Shown here piece after piece: positions 19,063-27,843 of a stretch of 27,954 bases of DNA (the first letter of the stretch is position 1; every line of letters starts with the position of its first letter). The translations under genes were made by a program, and so were the position numbers. The notes below the pieces were generated by a model. The model did no database searches and was not told where the DNA came from. It saw only the letters and a list, made by a program, of their open reading frames with translations. Origin of the DNA: Synechococcales cyanobacterium VAR_4_metabat_354 (GTDB lineage Bacteria > Cyanobacteriota > Cyanobacteriia > Cyanobacteriales > Chamaesiphonaceae); NCBI GenBank assembly GCA_031414775.1, contig JANOQI010000058.1:1-27954 (forward strand). The letters run 5' to 3'.

Positions 19063-19174
19063 GGCGTTGCTGATTTATAGTATGAAAACCCAATTTATCA
19101 AAAATGAAAACCAGATTCAGTAAAGCTTCTGTATTTTCGATTCATTCGCTTTCATATCTCGATTCAGCAACGCC
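19063..19174. mobile_element. MITE-like 112-bp element with imperfect 25-bp terminal inverted repeats
   Basis: Left end GGCGTTGCTGA-tttatag-TATGAAA; right end, reverse-complemented, GGCGTTGCTGA-atcgaga-TATGAAA; AT-rich noncoding interior. Confidence 0.65.
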
Positions 19175-19200
19175 AGATTATCGATCCACATCTCCAATCG

Positions 19201-21162
19201 CTATTTCTTGGTCAACTGGGTCAGAACCTGATTAGACCTGTCCACAAACGCATTCATACTATCGGCATCGAAGCCTTTCTGAGCCATCAAAGCCAAATCA
19301 TAGACATGATGACAAATTAGATTTACTAGTTCCTGATTAGATGAAGTGCCATCGGCTTTGACGATCGAACTCTGCTCCATCGCGGCCAAGTTCTGAATCA
19401 GCGGGTGCGCCGTATTCACCATCAAAATATGCTCCTCTGGAAACTCGGCAACTTGCTGCTGCATCATCGCCATAATCTCCTGCATCCGGCGCTGCTCCTC
19501 CGGTAATAGCACCATCGCTGGCGGGATCGAGGCCGGATTATCACTCTTCAGTGATTCGGTGCGAATAGTCAGCTTTGGCTTGCTCAGAGCATTGGTGAAT
19601 AGATCCTTCATCCGATCGCCTAAGGTTTGATTAGTTGTGGGGTCAACAATTTCAGAATTTTCCTTTTCAATTAGCGACTCATCCAATTCAGAATCGAGCC
19701 GCGCGAATTTCACGTCTCTAAATTCCTGTTCTAAGAAAGTAGCAAAGTGGCTGTCAATGAACGCATTCATAAACAGTACCTCAATCCCTCGGCTCTGATA
19801 GAGGTTGACATAGGTAGCTTGGCTGACTTCATCGGTACAGTAGAACACCCGATTTTCGTGGCGTTCTTTGTTCCGCTCTAAGTATTCCTTGAGCGTGGTG
19901 TAAGTCTGGCCGTTGACAGTATTCTTGGTAGCCTCTGATTCCCAAGCATCATCCTCGGATTGCTCTACGTCTACGGGCGGTTGTTCTGGTTTTGCCGTCC
20001 AAGTAGTGCGGAAAATAACGATATCTTCGGCCTGTTTTTTGAACTTGTCATCGTTCATCATGCCAAACTTTACGAAAGTGCCTAAGTCTTGCCAGGAGCT
20101 AACGTAGGCCGCTCGATCGTCACGATATAGTTCTTTGAGCCTGTCGCCTACTTTCTTAGAAATATAATCAGCGATCCGCCGCACAGTCCGATCGTTAGTT
20201 AAAGCACTCCGCGAGACATTCAGTGGTACATCCGGGCTGTCAATTACACCCCGTAAAGGTGTTAAAAACTTAGGAATTACTTCCTCGCAGTGGTCACTGA
20301 CAAACACCTGATTGCAGAACAACTTGGCTTGGCCTTTAGTGACATCAATCTCGGGCTTCAGTTTCGGAAAGAAGAGAATCCCATTGAGTAAGAAAGGATA
20401 ATCAGTGTTTAGGTGCACCCACAGTAATGGTTCCGCTTCAAAAGGATATAGATAGCGATAAAACTCTAAGTAGTCTTCTTTGGTTAGGTTCTGGGGTGAT
20501 TCTTTCCAGAGGGCACGTTGCTTGTTGATCGCTTCGTCGCCCAACTTAATGGGCACGGGCAAGAAGTCACAGTAGGTCTTTACTAACTGCCTAATCCGTG
20601 CTTCTTCGGCGTATTCCCCTTCTTCATCTTGGAGAGTGAGAGTAATGGTGGTGCCGCGTGTGGTTCTGGTGGAGTCGCTGAGGGAAAACTGAGGCGAACC
20701 ATCACAAGACCAATGTACCGGAGTCGCGTCTGGTTTATAGGATAGGGTATCAATTTCAACGAGCTGGGCTACCATGAACGCCGAATAAAATCCGAGGCCG
20801 AAGTGGCCGATGATCTGCTGGTCGTCGTTCTTTTTGTACTTCTCAATGAATTCTTCGGCGCTGGAAAAGGCTACTTGGTTGATGTATTTTTTAACTTCAT
20901 CAACGGTCATGCCGATGCCGTTGTCGCTAATGGAGAGGGTTTTTTTCTCGCTATCGACCGCAATTACTACTGCTGACTCACCGATTTCACCGTTTAATTC
21001 TCCGGCCAGGGAGACCATTTTCAGTTTACCGATCGCATCAACGGCATTGGCAATCAGTTCGCGCAAGAAAATTTCATGGTCGGTATACAGAGACTTCTTG
21101 ATAATTGGGAAGATATTCTCAGTATGGATCGTAATATTGCCTTGTTCTTGGATCGTGGTCAT
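19201..21162 (-). CDS. htpG: Hsp90 chaperone HtpG
   Basis: IFLRELIANAVDA, DNGIGMT, IGHFGLGFYSAF, LRGVIDSPDVPLNVSRS. Confidence 0.98.
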   Translation of the reverse strand: MTTIQEQGNITIHTENIFPIIKKSLYTDHEIFLRELIANAVDAIGKLKMVSLAGELNGEIGESAVVIAVDSEKKTLSISDNGIGMTVDEVKKYINQVAFSSAEEFIEKYKKNDDQQIIGHFGLGFYSAFMVAQLVEIDTLSYKPDATPVHWSCDGSPQFSLSDSTRTTRGTTITLTLQDEEGEYAEEARIRQLVKTYCDFLPVPIKLGDEAINKQRALWKESPQNLTKEDYLEFYRYLYPFEAEPLLWVHLNTDYPFLLNGILFFPKLKPEIDVTKGQAKLFCNQVFVSDHCEEVIPKFLTPLRGVIDSPDVPLNVSRSALTNDRTVRRIADYISKKVGDRLKELYRDDRAAYVSSWQDLGTFVKFGMMNDDKFKKQAEDIVIFRTTWTAKPEQPPVDVEQSEDDAWESEATKNTVNGQTYTTLKEYLERNKERHENRVFYCTDEVSQATYVNLYQSRGIEVLFMNAFIDSHFATFLEQEFRDVKFARLDSELDESLIEKENSEIVDPTTNQTLGDRMKDLFTNALSKPKLTIRTESLKSDNPASIPPAMVLLPEEQRRMQEIMAMMQQQVAEFPEEHILMVNTAHPLIQNLAAMEQSSIVKADGTSSNQELVNLICHHVYDLALMAQKGFDADSMNAFVDRSNQVLTQLTKK

Positions 21163-21236
21163 TGCTGGATGGGGTTATGTAATCTGGTTCTTTCAAATTG
21201 TAGAGGGAAGTAATCCATCCAGCTCGATCGTGCAAT

Positions 21237-21252
21237 GGCGAGATTTCCGCAC
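21237..21252 (-). promoter_or_regulatory. K-box-like (Rre1-type) element upstream of htpG
   Basis: GTGCGG-AAAT-CTCGCC versus the K-box GTTCGG-NNAN-CCNNAC (8/11 fixed positions); TACAAT -10 at 21197-21202. Confidence 0.4.
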
Positions 21253-21382
21253 AAAGCGGTCAATCTAGATCTTGAGTTAGCGCTTTTGACGCAACAACAT
21301 ATGGATCACAATAATGGCAACGCCGCGCTGTGGTTTTCGACTCAACTGCCCAATTTATCAAACACTTAACCTTCTCCATGGA

Positions 21383-21727
21383 TCAACTAATTAGGGTATG
21401 TAACTTAGCTGCCACTTCATCGATCGTCTCCAGTGGCAAAGACTCAATATATTTAATCTGACGTGCTATCCAATCCACAGTTTTGACTTGAAAAGTAAGA
21501 ATTACCCCCGTGGTATTCAAGCCCTCTGGCAAAATTACCTCCAGCTTAAACCCTTTGATTTTGCTGGTGATTGGGCAAGCTAGAGCTAATCCGGTAGCTC
21601 TATTAAAATCCTGCGGGGTCACAATTAAAGCCGGTCGGTAACCGGCTTGTTCTCTACCTAAAGTAGGATCAAAATCAAATTTAACAATATCCCCCCGCTC
21701 TGGGACATACTTGGATTTAGTTACCAT
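21383..21727 (-). CDS. mazF: MazF/PemK family endoribonuclease toxin
   Basis: YVPERGDIVKFDFDPTLGREQAGYRPALIV...CPITSKIKG; start overlaps the mazE stop. Confidence 0.93.
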   Translation of the reverse strand: MVTKSKYVPERGDIVKFDFDPTLGREQAGYRPALIVTPQDFNRATGLALACPITSKIKGFKLEVILPEGLNTTGVILTFQVKTVDWIARQIKYIESLPLETIDEVAAKLHTLIS

Positions 21728-21960
21728 ACTTCTTTACCAACCGGCTCACCCCAGTCATATTCGCCGCCGATCAGTTCAGGTGTAATTCCTTCCAGCAGCT
21801 CATCTAGTTGATACTTTTTTTTCACTGGCGAAACAACCAGTGTGTTATTAACCACTTCGATCGATACCACCGTGCCAGCTGTCAAACCAACTTGATTGGC
21901 TACCGGCTGCGGAATTCTTAGACCTAAGCTGTTACCCCATTTGTTAACAATATTAGTCAT
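21721..21960 (-). CDS. mazE: MazE/AbrB family antitoxin
   Basis: KWGNSLGLRIP, YQLDELLEGIT, DWGEPVGKEVW. Confidence 0.93.
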   Translation of the reverse strand: MTNIVNKWGNSLGLRIPQPVANQVGLTAGTVVSIEVVNNTLVVSPVKKKYQLDELLEGITPELIGGEYDWGEPVGKEVW

Positions 21961-21976
21961 GTTTTAGAGAATATTT

Positions 21977-22015
21977 GTATATCCCAAGTATATCCATGAC
22001 TAAGTATTTTGTCGA
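21977..22015 (-). promoter_or_regulatory. mazEF promoter with putative autoregulatory operator
   Basis: Minus strand TCGACA-17 nt-TATACT; GGATATAC repeated at 21988-21995 and 21977-21984, the first overlapping the -10. Confidence 0.55.
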
Positions 22016-22068
22016 GTGCTAAGGCCTAATTAAACTAGGGAGTACTGAAATATAGCTAGTCTATTTCA

Positions 22069-23286
22069 CTAGGCAATACTGACCCGCTTGCGGCGCTCCT
22101 TATAGGAAACTCCCACATTTTGTAGTCCAGCTTTCACCATTTCTCTTTCCAGCAGCGCAAAGAAACTTGATCGATCAGCTCCCCGCACCACTGCATAATT
22201 ATGGGCTTCTGCCAAGGCCACCGGATAACCCTGGCCTTTCTTGACCTGAGCCAGCATAATCCCTAAAGCTTGATCCAAAAGCTGACGATCGGTAGCCACC
22301 CAAGCCGGCATCTCCACCCGAGCGATCTCAGCCCCCACATTCACATAACAAAAATAAACCCGCTGCTCCTGGCTATAAAAATCGAGAGTACGGGCAGTAC
22401 TTTGCCACAGGCAACTGCGCTGTCCTGGTTTTAAACGATTTAGCCACAAAGAAGTATCGCGCAGACCATCAAAGATTTGGCAGGGAGGTCTTTCGATATC
22501 GATGCAGTGTTTGGTGCAGTCTGGCTCTGGAAAGCCGCAGCCCAACAACCGCAAAAAATTTAGGCCATCGATGCTGCGCGAGGAGCTGATATAGCTAATC
22601 ATCGGGATTTTGACTTGGCGAAGTTTTTCCCAGGCCGTCAAGATGGGGGCAATGGTAAGTTCTCGGGCTTCAGCTGGCAATTCCTCCAAGAATCGATAGA
22701 TCAAAGAACCATCCACCATCGCTAAGGTCGGTACCTTGGGTGGCTGAGGATTCACAATCTCTTCAAACCCGATCGGGGGATTAGCCCAATCAAAGCCCAA
22801 ATCTCCCAGCAACAAGGCTTCATCAACGGTACGCTGATAGCCCAGCCATTCCTCAGTGCTAATGCCCCACTGGCGAGATTGGTAAAGGTCTTTTGTTTGA
22901 TAAAAAACCTCAGGAATACTGTCCAACAACGGATGTAAATCTTGCCCATAGTGAATCATCACCCGCCCAATGTTGATCAGGTAGCAATAGGCAATCTCGT
23001 GATGACTGGGGGCAATTTGGGAGCCATCGGTGGCTAGTACTGTATGGGCGGTCGCTGGTATCGAAATATCTTGGCAAGTGCTGAGGTCTTCGACGGGGAT
23101 AGCTGCGCCAAACCGGAATTTATTATTCCAAATAATTTGCAGCTGTTCCAGATCGGACTGCTGATCGATCGCTTTCAGCAGATATTCATTAGCACGTCGC
23201 AGCCGCAAGTTACTGGCCTGGGCTTCTTTGGTAAGATGTTGGCCAACCTGAGGCAGTTGCTTGGCAATTTTGTTGAGATCCAGCAT
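22069..23286 (-). CDS. nurA: NurA family nuclease
   Basis: ATDGSQI, MVDGSL, ARVEMP, GYPVALAEAHNYAVV. Confidence 0.88.
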   Translation of the reverse strand: MLDLNKIAKQLPQVGQHLTKEAQASNLRLRRANEYLLKAIDQQSDLEQLQIIWNNKFRFGAAIPVEDLSTCQDISIPATAHTVLATDGSQIAPSHHEIAYCYLINIGRVMIHYGQDLHPLLDSIPEVFYQTKDLYQSRQWGISTEEWLGYQRTVDEALLLGDLGFDWANPPIGFEEIVNPQPPKVPTLAMVDGSLIYRFLEELPAEARELTIAPILTAWEKLRQVKIPMISYISSSRSIDGLNFLRLLGCGFPEPDCTKHCIDIERPPCQIFDGLRDTSLWLNRLKPGQRSCLWQSTARTLDFYSQEQRVYFCYVNVGAEIARVEMPAWVATDRQLLDQALGIMLAQVKKGQGYPVALAEAHNYAVVRGADRSSFFALLEREMVKAGLQNVGVSYKERRKRVSIA

Positions 23287-23290
23287 GAAT

Positions 23291-24061
23291 TTATGTCCAG
23301 CTTGATGTATCTTGGCAGAACTTATCGATCGATAGCAATTTCACTCGATCGTTATCTTGAGCAACTGCTCGTTCGGCGGGGGTGTTGTAGCCCCAATCAG
23401 CTAAGAACAATTGTACCGAATCAAGGTCGGGCTGATGGCTGATGGTGCGCAAAGTTGGCAATCGATCTTCTATGAACCAAATTTGGTCGGGCTGACTGGT
23501 TAACAACTGGCGGAGAGTATCGGTTTTGGACTTTTTTCTTTCCTTACCAAAAATTGCCTCAGCAGGGAGTTGAACGCCTCGATCTTCTAGCAGCTGGCGG
23601 GTGAAGCGTCCATCTTTGGTGGTGATAATCACAGGTTGGATGGTTGGTGGGAGCGCTAATAGCTTTTCAATGGTGCCAGGATAGCAGCGTTGCAAGTTCA
23701 GCCAAGCTGGTAGATCTTGATCGATCGATCTGTCCCGCACTTCATCCAAAACCTGCACCACATCTTTACTACTTAACTTCTCGTCGGCCAAAATCTGGCT
23801 AGCCAAGTTTAGCCAATCGCTAGCAATAAGATCTTCTGGTATATTTTGTCTTAAAGCCCACAAGAGCAAAGGCATTTCCCAGCCATGTTCAATGAGGGGT
23901 CGCAACCGTGCAAAGGAAGGAAATAACTCTAATAGCACTGGTGCAGCTGGTACCGACCAAATTTGACTATAGACCAACCAAGAAGAGTGAAAATACTCCT
24001 GCATGCCATCGCAGATTACACCGTCAAAGTCTAAGGCCAAGATGGAGTGATTGTTTGCCAT
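23291..24061 (-). CDS. HAD-superfamily hydrolase
   Basis: Motif I LALDFDGVICD, motif II ITTK, FIEDR, LADWGYN. Confidence 0.9.
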   Translation of the reverse strand: MANNHSILALDFDGVICDGMQEYFHSSWLVYSQIWSVPAAPVLLELFPSFARLRPLIEHGWEMPLLLWALRQNIPEDLIASDWLNLASQILADEKLSSKDVVQVLDEVRDRSIDQDLPAWLNLQRCYPGTIEKLLALPPTIQPVIITTKDGRFTRQLLEDRGVQLPAEAIFGKERKKSKTDTLRQLLTSQPDQIWFIEDRLPTLRTISHQPDLDSVQLFLADWGYNTPAERAVAQDNDRVKLLSIDKFCQDTSSWT

Positions 24062-24076
24062 AGGTGAAATAAAACT

Positions 24077-24108
24077 AAAGGCTCAGATTATTTTAAATCT
24101 GAGCCTTT
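24077..24108 (-). terminator. Hairpin terminator downstream of tRNA-Gln
   Basis: Perfect 13-bp stem AAAGGCTCAGATT/AATCTGAGCCTTT; AGTTTTATTT follows on the minus strand. Confidence 0.7.
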
Positions 24109-24127
24109 GGCAAGTACCACTTATTAA

Positions 24128-24199
24128 CTGGGGTGCAAGGATTCGAACCTCGGAATGCCTGGACCAAAACCAGGTGCCTTACCACTTGGCGACACCCCA
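24128..24199 (-). tRNA. trnQ-UUG: tRNA-Gln(UUG)
   Basis: TGGGGTG/CACCCCA plus discriminator G; anticodon arm CCTGG-TTTTGGT-CCAGG; T arm CGAGG-TTCGAAT-CCTTG. Confidence 0.97.
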
Positions 24200-24314
24200 T
24201 CGATATCGCAGCTCACTGAATATAGCACAGGGCAGCAGGTGTCTGTCAAGAATTTTTTATTATTGACAGCTTTAGATAAACCAGTGCAACAGACATAAAC
24301 TTCATAAGAAGAAC

Positions 24315-24378
24315 AAAAAAAGAACCGACGACTGGCCGTGTTTCGTCTCGGTTCTTTTTTTGATTTACTCCTCACACC
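24315..24378 (-). ncRNA. yfr2: Yfr2-family small RNA
   Basis: Minus strand GGTGTGAGGAGTAAATC-AAAAAAAGAACCGAGACGAAACACGGCCAGTCGTCGGTTCTTTTTTT: 5' GUGUGAGGAG motif, stem-loop with GAAACACGG, U tail, and its own promoter; ends approximate. Confidence 0.8.
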
Positions 24379-24383
24379 CCTAT

Positions 24384-24411
24384 ATAATAACTTTTTTGTA
24401 CGAATTGTCAA
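24384..24411 (-). promoter_or_regulatory. Sigma70-type promoter of the Yfr2-like sRNA
   Basis: TTGACA (24406-24411)-16 nt-TATTAT (24384-24389), about 6 nt before GTGTGAGG. Confidence 0.7.
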
Positions 24412-24468
24412 TAGGTAGATACAATCTTTTTTAAGATAGCTGGCACCTGTTACACGCCAGGAGATAAA

Positions 24469-25695
24469 TCACTGCGAGCAGTAACCCTGTAGAGTCTCAA
24501 TAATAGCAAGAATTTTTTCATACTCGGACGGCTGACCATGACGGAGGTGGAGACTGGCAGCGCGCCGGTAATCAGCAACAGCACCTACATAATCTTTTAA
24601 CTCTTGACGAGCAATACCTCGATTCCGCAGACAGTCTAGAGCTTCTGGATCGATGCTCAAACCTTGGCTATAGTCTTGAATGGCTGCTTGCCGGTCTCCT
24701 TGATGACGCTTGATCACACCGCGATTGTTATAAGCCTGGACTAAATTGGGGTTGAGAGCCAGCGCTTGATTATAATCATTTAACGCCGCTATTAAATTGC
24801 CTGTTTCGCTGTTAAGCAAGCCCATTTGGTGATAAATATCGGCATGAGGCGCAAGGCTGGCAGCCTGTTGATAATCGTGAAAAGCTGAGGTTAAGTCTCC
24901 CTGCCGATGGTAAATCCAGCCCCGTTGCTGATAGGCGATCGCCAGTTGGGAATCCAGCTGGATTGCGTTACTATAATCGGCTAGCGCTGCTCCCAGGTTG
25001 GCTTGCCGGTCATAAAAAATGCCTCGGTTATAGTAAGCCTTAGCAGACTGCGGATTGACTTGAATCGCTTGATCATAATCGGCCATCGCAGCAGCATGAT
25101 CGCCCAGTTGTTGGTAAACATTGCCCCGCTGATAGTAAGCAGAAGTATGATAGGGCTGATACTCCAAGAATTTGGTATAGTCGGCGAGCGCTGCTGTCAG
25201 CTCACCCATCTTTTGATAAGTGAGACCTCTTTCCCAATAAATTATGGCCAGATTTGGCAATAACTTGATGCAGTAGCTGTAATCTTCGATCGCAGCTGGT
25301 AAGTTTCCGAGCAAACGCTGCACATAGGCGCGATTTTGATGGGCACTAGGAAAATCTGGCTTGAGGGCAAGGGTGGTGTCATAGTCTTGGAGAGCCTTAT
25401 GGTATTCACCTAGTTCATGGGCATACATAATGCCACGATTGTGATAGTACAATGCTTGCGGATCGAGTTGAATTAGCTCGCTATAATCAGCGATCGCCTC
25501 GGCTATATGACCCTGAAGAAACTTGCGATCGGCTTTGGCTTTGAGTTCACTACTATCATTATCAAAATTTAGATCAGTCATCAAATTGGTAGTGCAGGTC
25601 TGTTGCTGGGTGAAGATTTTATTCATCACTTTGCTTAATTTTACTTGGTGTTGATCCAGTCCATCGAATGTGGCAAAAGCATCACTCCCCAGCAT
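24469..25695 (-). CDS. Multi-TPR protein; true start uncertain, possibly ATG 25581 (MTDLNF)
   Basis: About ten 34-aa repeats of type AYYNRG...G...AAIxDYxxAIxLxP. Confidence 0.85.
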   Translation of the reverse strand: MLGSDAFATFDGLDQHQVKLSKVMNKIFTQQQTCTTNLMTDLNFDNDSSELKAKADRKFLQGHIAEAIADYSELIQLDPQALYYHNRGIMYAHELGEYHKALQDYDTTLALKPDFPSAHQNRAYVQRLLGNLPAAIEDYSYCIKLLPNLAIIYWERGLTYQKMGELTAALADYTKFLEYQPYHTSAYYQRGNVYQQLGDHAAAMADYDQAIQVNPQSAKAYYNRGIFYDRQANLGAALADYSNAIQLDSQLAIAYQQRGWIYHRQGDLTSAFHDYQQAASLAPHADIYHQMGLLNSETGNLIAALNDYNQALALNPNLVQAYNNRGVIKRHQGDRQAAIQDYSQGLSIDPEALDCLRNRGIARQELKDYVGAVADYRRAASLHLRHGQPSEYEKILAIIETLQGYCSQ

Positions 25696-25745
25696 TCGAT
25701 CGACAATTAAGCTAAAATACTGAGGCTGTGATCGAACTAGAATCT

Positions 25746-26168
25746 ATGACTCGCGCCATTATCGAAACCGACAAGGGTACCATCAACATCCAATTCTTTG
25801 ATGCTGATGCTCCCAATACTGTTAAGAATTTTGTTGACTTATCCGAAAAAGGCTTTTACGACGGTCTGAATTTCCACCGGGTGATCCCCAACTTTATGGT
25901 TCAGGGCGGCTGTCCCCAAGGAACTGGTACTGGTGGGCCTGGCTACAAAATTAATTGCGAAATCAATCACAACAAGCATGAAGCTGGTAGCCTTTCGATG
26001 GCTCATGCTGGTAAAAATACCGGCGGTAGCCAGTTCTTTATTTGTCATTCACCTCAAGGACACTTGGATGGCGTCCATACTGTGTTTGGCAAAACCGCAG
26101 ATATGGCAGTCGTCAACGCTATTAAGGGCGGTGACAAAATTCAATCTGTAAAAATAGTTCATGATTAA
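25746..26168 (+). CDS. Cyclophilin-type peptidyl-prolyl cis-trans isomerase
   Basis: [45 protein letters not shown]; start taken at ATG 25746 (MTRAII). Confidence 0.95.
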   Translation: MTRAIIETDKGTINIQFFDADAPNTVKNFVDLSEKGFYDGLNFHRVIPNFMVQGGCPQGTGTGGPGYKINCEINHNKHEAGSLSMAHAGKNTGGSQFFICHSPQGHLDGVHTVFGKTADMAVVNAIKGGDKIQSVKIVHD

Positions 26169-26197
26169 CTGATCAGGGCAATGTGGTAGAAACCAGC

Positions 26198-27229
26198 TCA
26201 TGGTGTTCTTAGCGATAAGTCCATCAGGTTAGAGAGTTTATAGACAATTCTGGCTGCCACGTTGCCATCCCACTCCGCATCGCCGACCTCGCAGAGATCA
26301 AAACCCACTATCTGGCGACCACTTTTAACTAGTTCTCGAAATAAGCAATAAGTTTGCTCTAGCTCTAAACCACCAGGAACGGGGGTGCCAGTGTGGGGAC
26401 AGAGCTTCGGATCGAGACCATCCACATCAAAACTAATATGTACCTGTTGCGGTAGATGGCTAATAATTTCTTGACAGATAGCTATCCAGTTCTGGCCAGC
26501 ATAGAGCCGTTGATTGATGGCAGCATCGTAATAAGCCACAATCCGCCCCTGGGATGCATTGATAATGTTCACTTCATCCTGACAAATATCTCGTAATCCT
26601 ACCTGCACCAGTTTGGTGAGTTGGGGGAGTTCGATCGCATGAAACATGATCGAAGCGTGAGAATAGGCAAAGCCTTCGTAAGCATCACGCAGGTCAGCAT
26701 GGGCATCGATGTGCAAAATGCCGAAATCTGGATACTTGGTAGCTAAGGCACGAAAGTATCCTAAGGGTGAGCTGTGATCGCCACCGATCACGGCGACCCT
26801 TTTACCAGCTTGCATGGCTTGTAGGCATTGTTTTTCTAGCCACTGGTTGACCTGTTCTCCAGCTTGGTTGATGTCGGTGACAATTTTGGTTAACTCTGGT
26901 GTTAATGTTTGGCCTTTTTCTAAAGCGGTAATTATTAATGCGGCTTGAGCGCGATAGTATCGATTTTTTTCTAAAATTGCTGGCGAAATTTCTGTCATGA
27001 AAATGCCTTGCCGCCAACCATCGGGATGGTCGAAGTCAAATAAATCTAATTGGGTCGAGGCATTGAGGATTTGCTGGGGAGCATTGGCGGTACCGGCACC
27101 GTAGGAAACGGTGACTTCCCAGGGCACGGGAATGACAATCAGTTGGGCGGAATCGTAGTCAAAGGGAAAGCCGTAGAGATTACCATTGGCGGTGGCTACG
27201 CCACTGGGGTTGTAATCGGGATTATTCAT
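26198..27229 (-). CDS. speB: Agmatinase (ureohydrolase family)
   Basis: GGDHS, HIDAHADL and SFDVDGLDP Mn-binding motifs; TGTPVPGG. Confidence 0.85.
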   Translation of the reverse strand: MNNPDYNPSGVATANGNLYGFPFDYDSAQLIVIPVPWEVTVSYGAGTANAPQQILNASTQLDLFDFDHPDGWRQGIFMTEISPAILEKNRYYRAQAALIITALEKGQTLTPELTKIVTDINQAGEQVNQWLEKQCLQAMQAGKRVAVIGGDHSSPLGYFRALATKYPDFGILHIDAHADLRDAYEGFAYSHASIMFHAIELPQLTKLVQVGLRDICQDEVNIINASQGRIVAYYDAAINQRLYAGQNWIAICQEIISHLPQQVHISFDVDGLDPKLCPHTGTPVPGGLELEQTYCLFRELVKSGRQIVGFDLCEVGDAEWDGNVAARIVYKLSNLMDLSLRTP

Positions 27230-27321
27230 TGATTATCAGCCAACGTTTAAAAATCTTGTACAAATACACTTATACTGTAAAAATTGCGATTAGACCGTAC
27301 TTAAAATCTCATTTGTAGTAG

Positions 27322-27843
27322 ATGGATAAAATTAAACCTAGCTTGTTTGGCATCAAAAAAACTAATAGAGATTTCACTCAAAAAGAAACATGGGGGAAAA
27401 ACCAGTTCAACTCATCTTTCCCAGCATTTTTGTGTTGCTATCTTGCGGCAAAAGATATGCAAGCAAATTATCTTTCTATTTTAGATGGCAAGATAAAGCC
27501 AAGCCTGATATCAATAAAAGATATTTTTGGAATAAAAGCAGATGATAATGATATCTATTTTGCTTTTGAAGCACAACATACCCCGTATCAAAAATATGTT
27601 ATTGGTTCTTTGCCAAGAACAGATTTAGTCATTCAAAGAGAAAGTACAGGAGAATGTTTATCTGGTCTTGAAGTGAAACTTACTGCATTACCAGATAACA
27701 CCACTTGTGATCTTGCTGAAGGGTCATATGGTAGTGAAATTGTGGTTAGACCAGATACTATTGTTTACCTTGCATGTAGTATCGCCGTAAGTTTAGTAAG
27801 CGAACTCGGTGATCTAAGTAGAATGCCCACAATAAAAGTATGA
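27322..27843 (+). pseudogene. HindVP-family type II restriction endonuclease, truncated by an IS
   Basis: PSLFGIKKTNRDFT...WGKNQFNSSFP N-terminus; PD-(D/E)xK core PRTDL...EVK; AT-rich; the last codons and stop lie in IS-like sequence. Confidence 0.75.

Noticed and set aside
20810..21268. 152-aa ORF antisense to htpG, and similar short antisense or alternate-frame ORFs elsewhere in the track
   Set aside because: Shadows of well-supported genes with no recognisable motifs
21316..21324. GGCAACGCC resembling the right end of the MITE-like element
   Set aside because: Short match lacking the TTTCATA sub-motif and a partner end
24315..24400. Yfr1 on the + strand (ACTCCTCACAC at 24367-24377)
   Set aside because: No terminator hairpin follows the 11-mer on +, and the + strand TTGACA at 24263-24268 has no matching -10; the minus strand has promoter, Yfr2 motifs and terminator
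24124..24411. 95-aa minus-strand ORF and the opposite 24051..24266 ORF
   Set aside because: They run across tRNA-Gln, the Yfr2-like RNA or their promoters and terminators, with no protein-like motifs
27230..27321. Possible NtcA site upstream of the agmatinase gene
   Set aside because: TGTA and TACA half-sites are present but not in GTA-N8-TAC spacing
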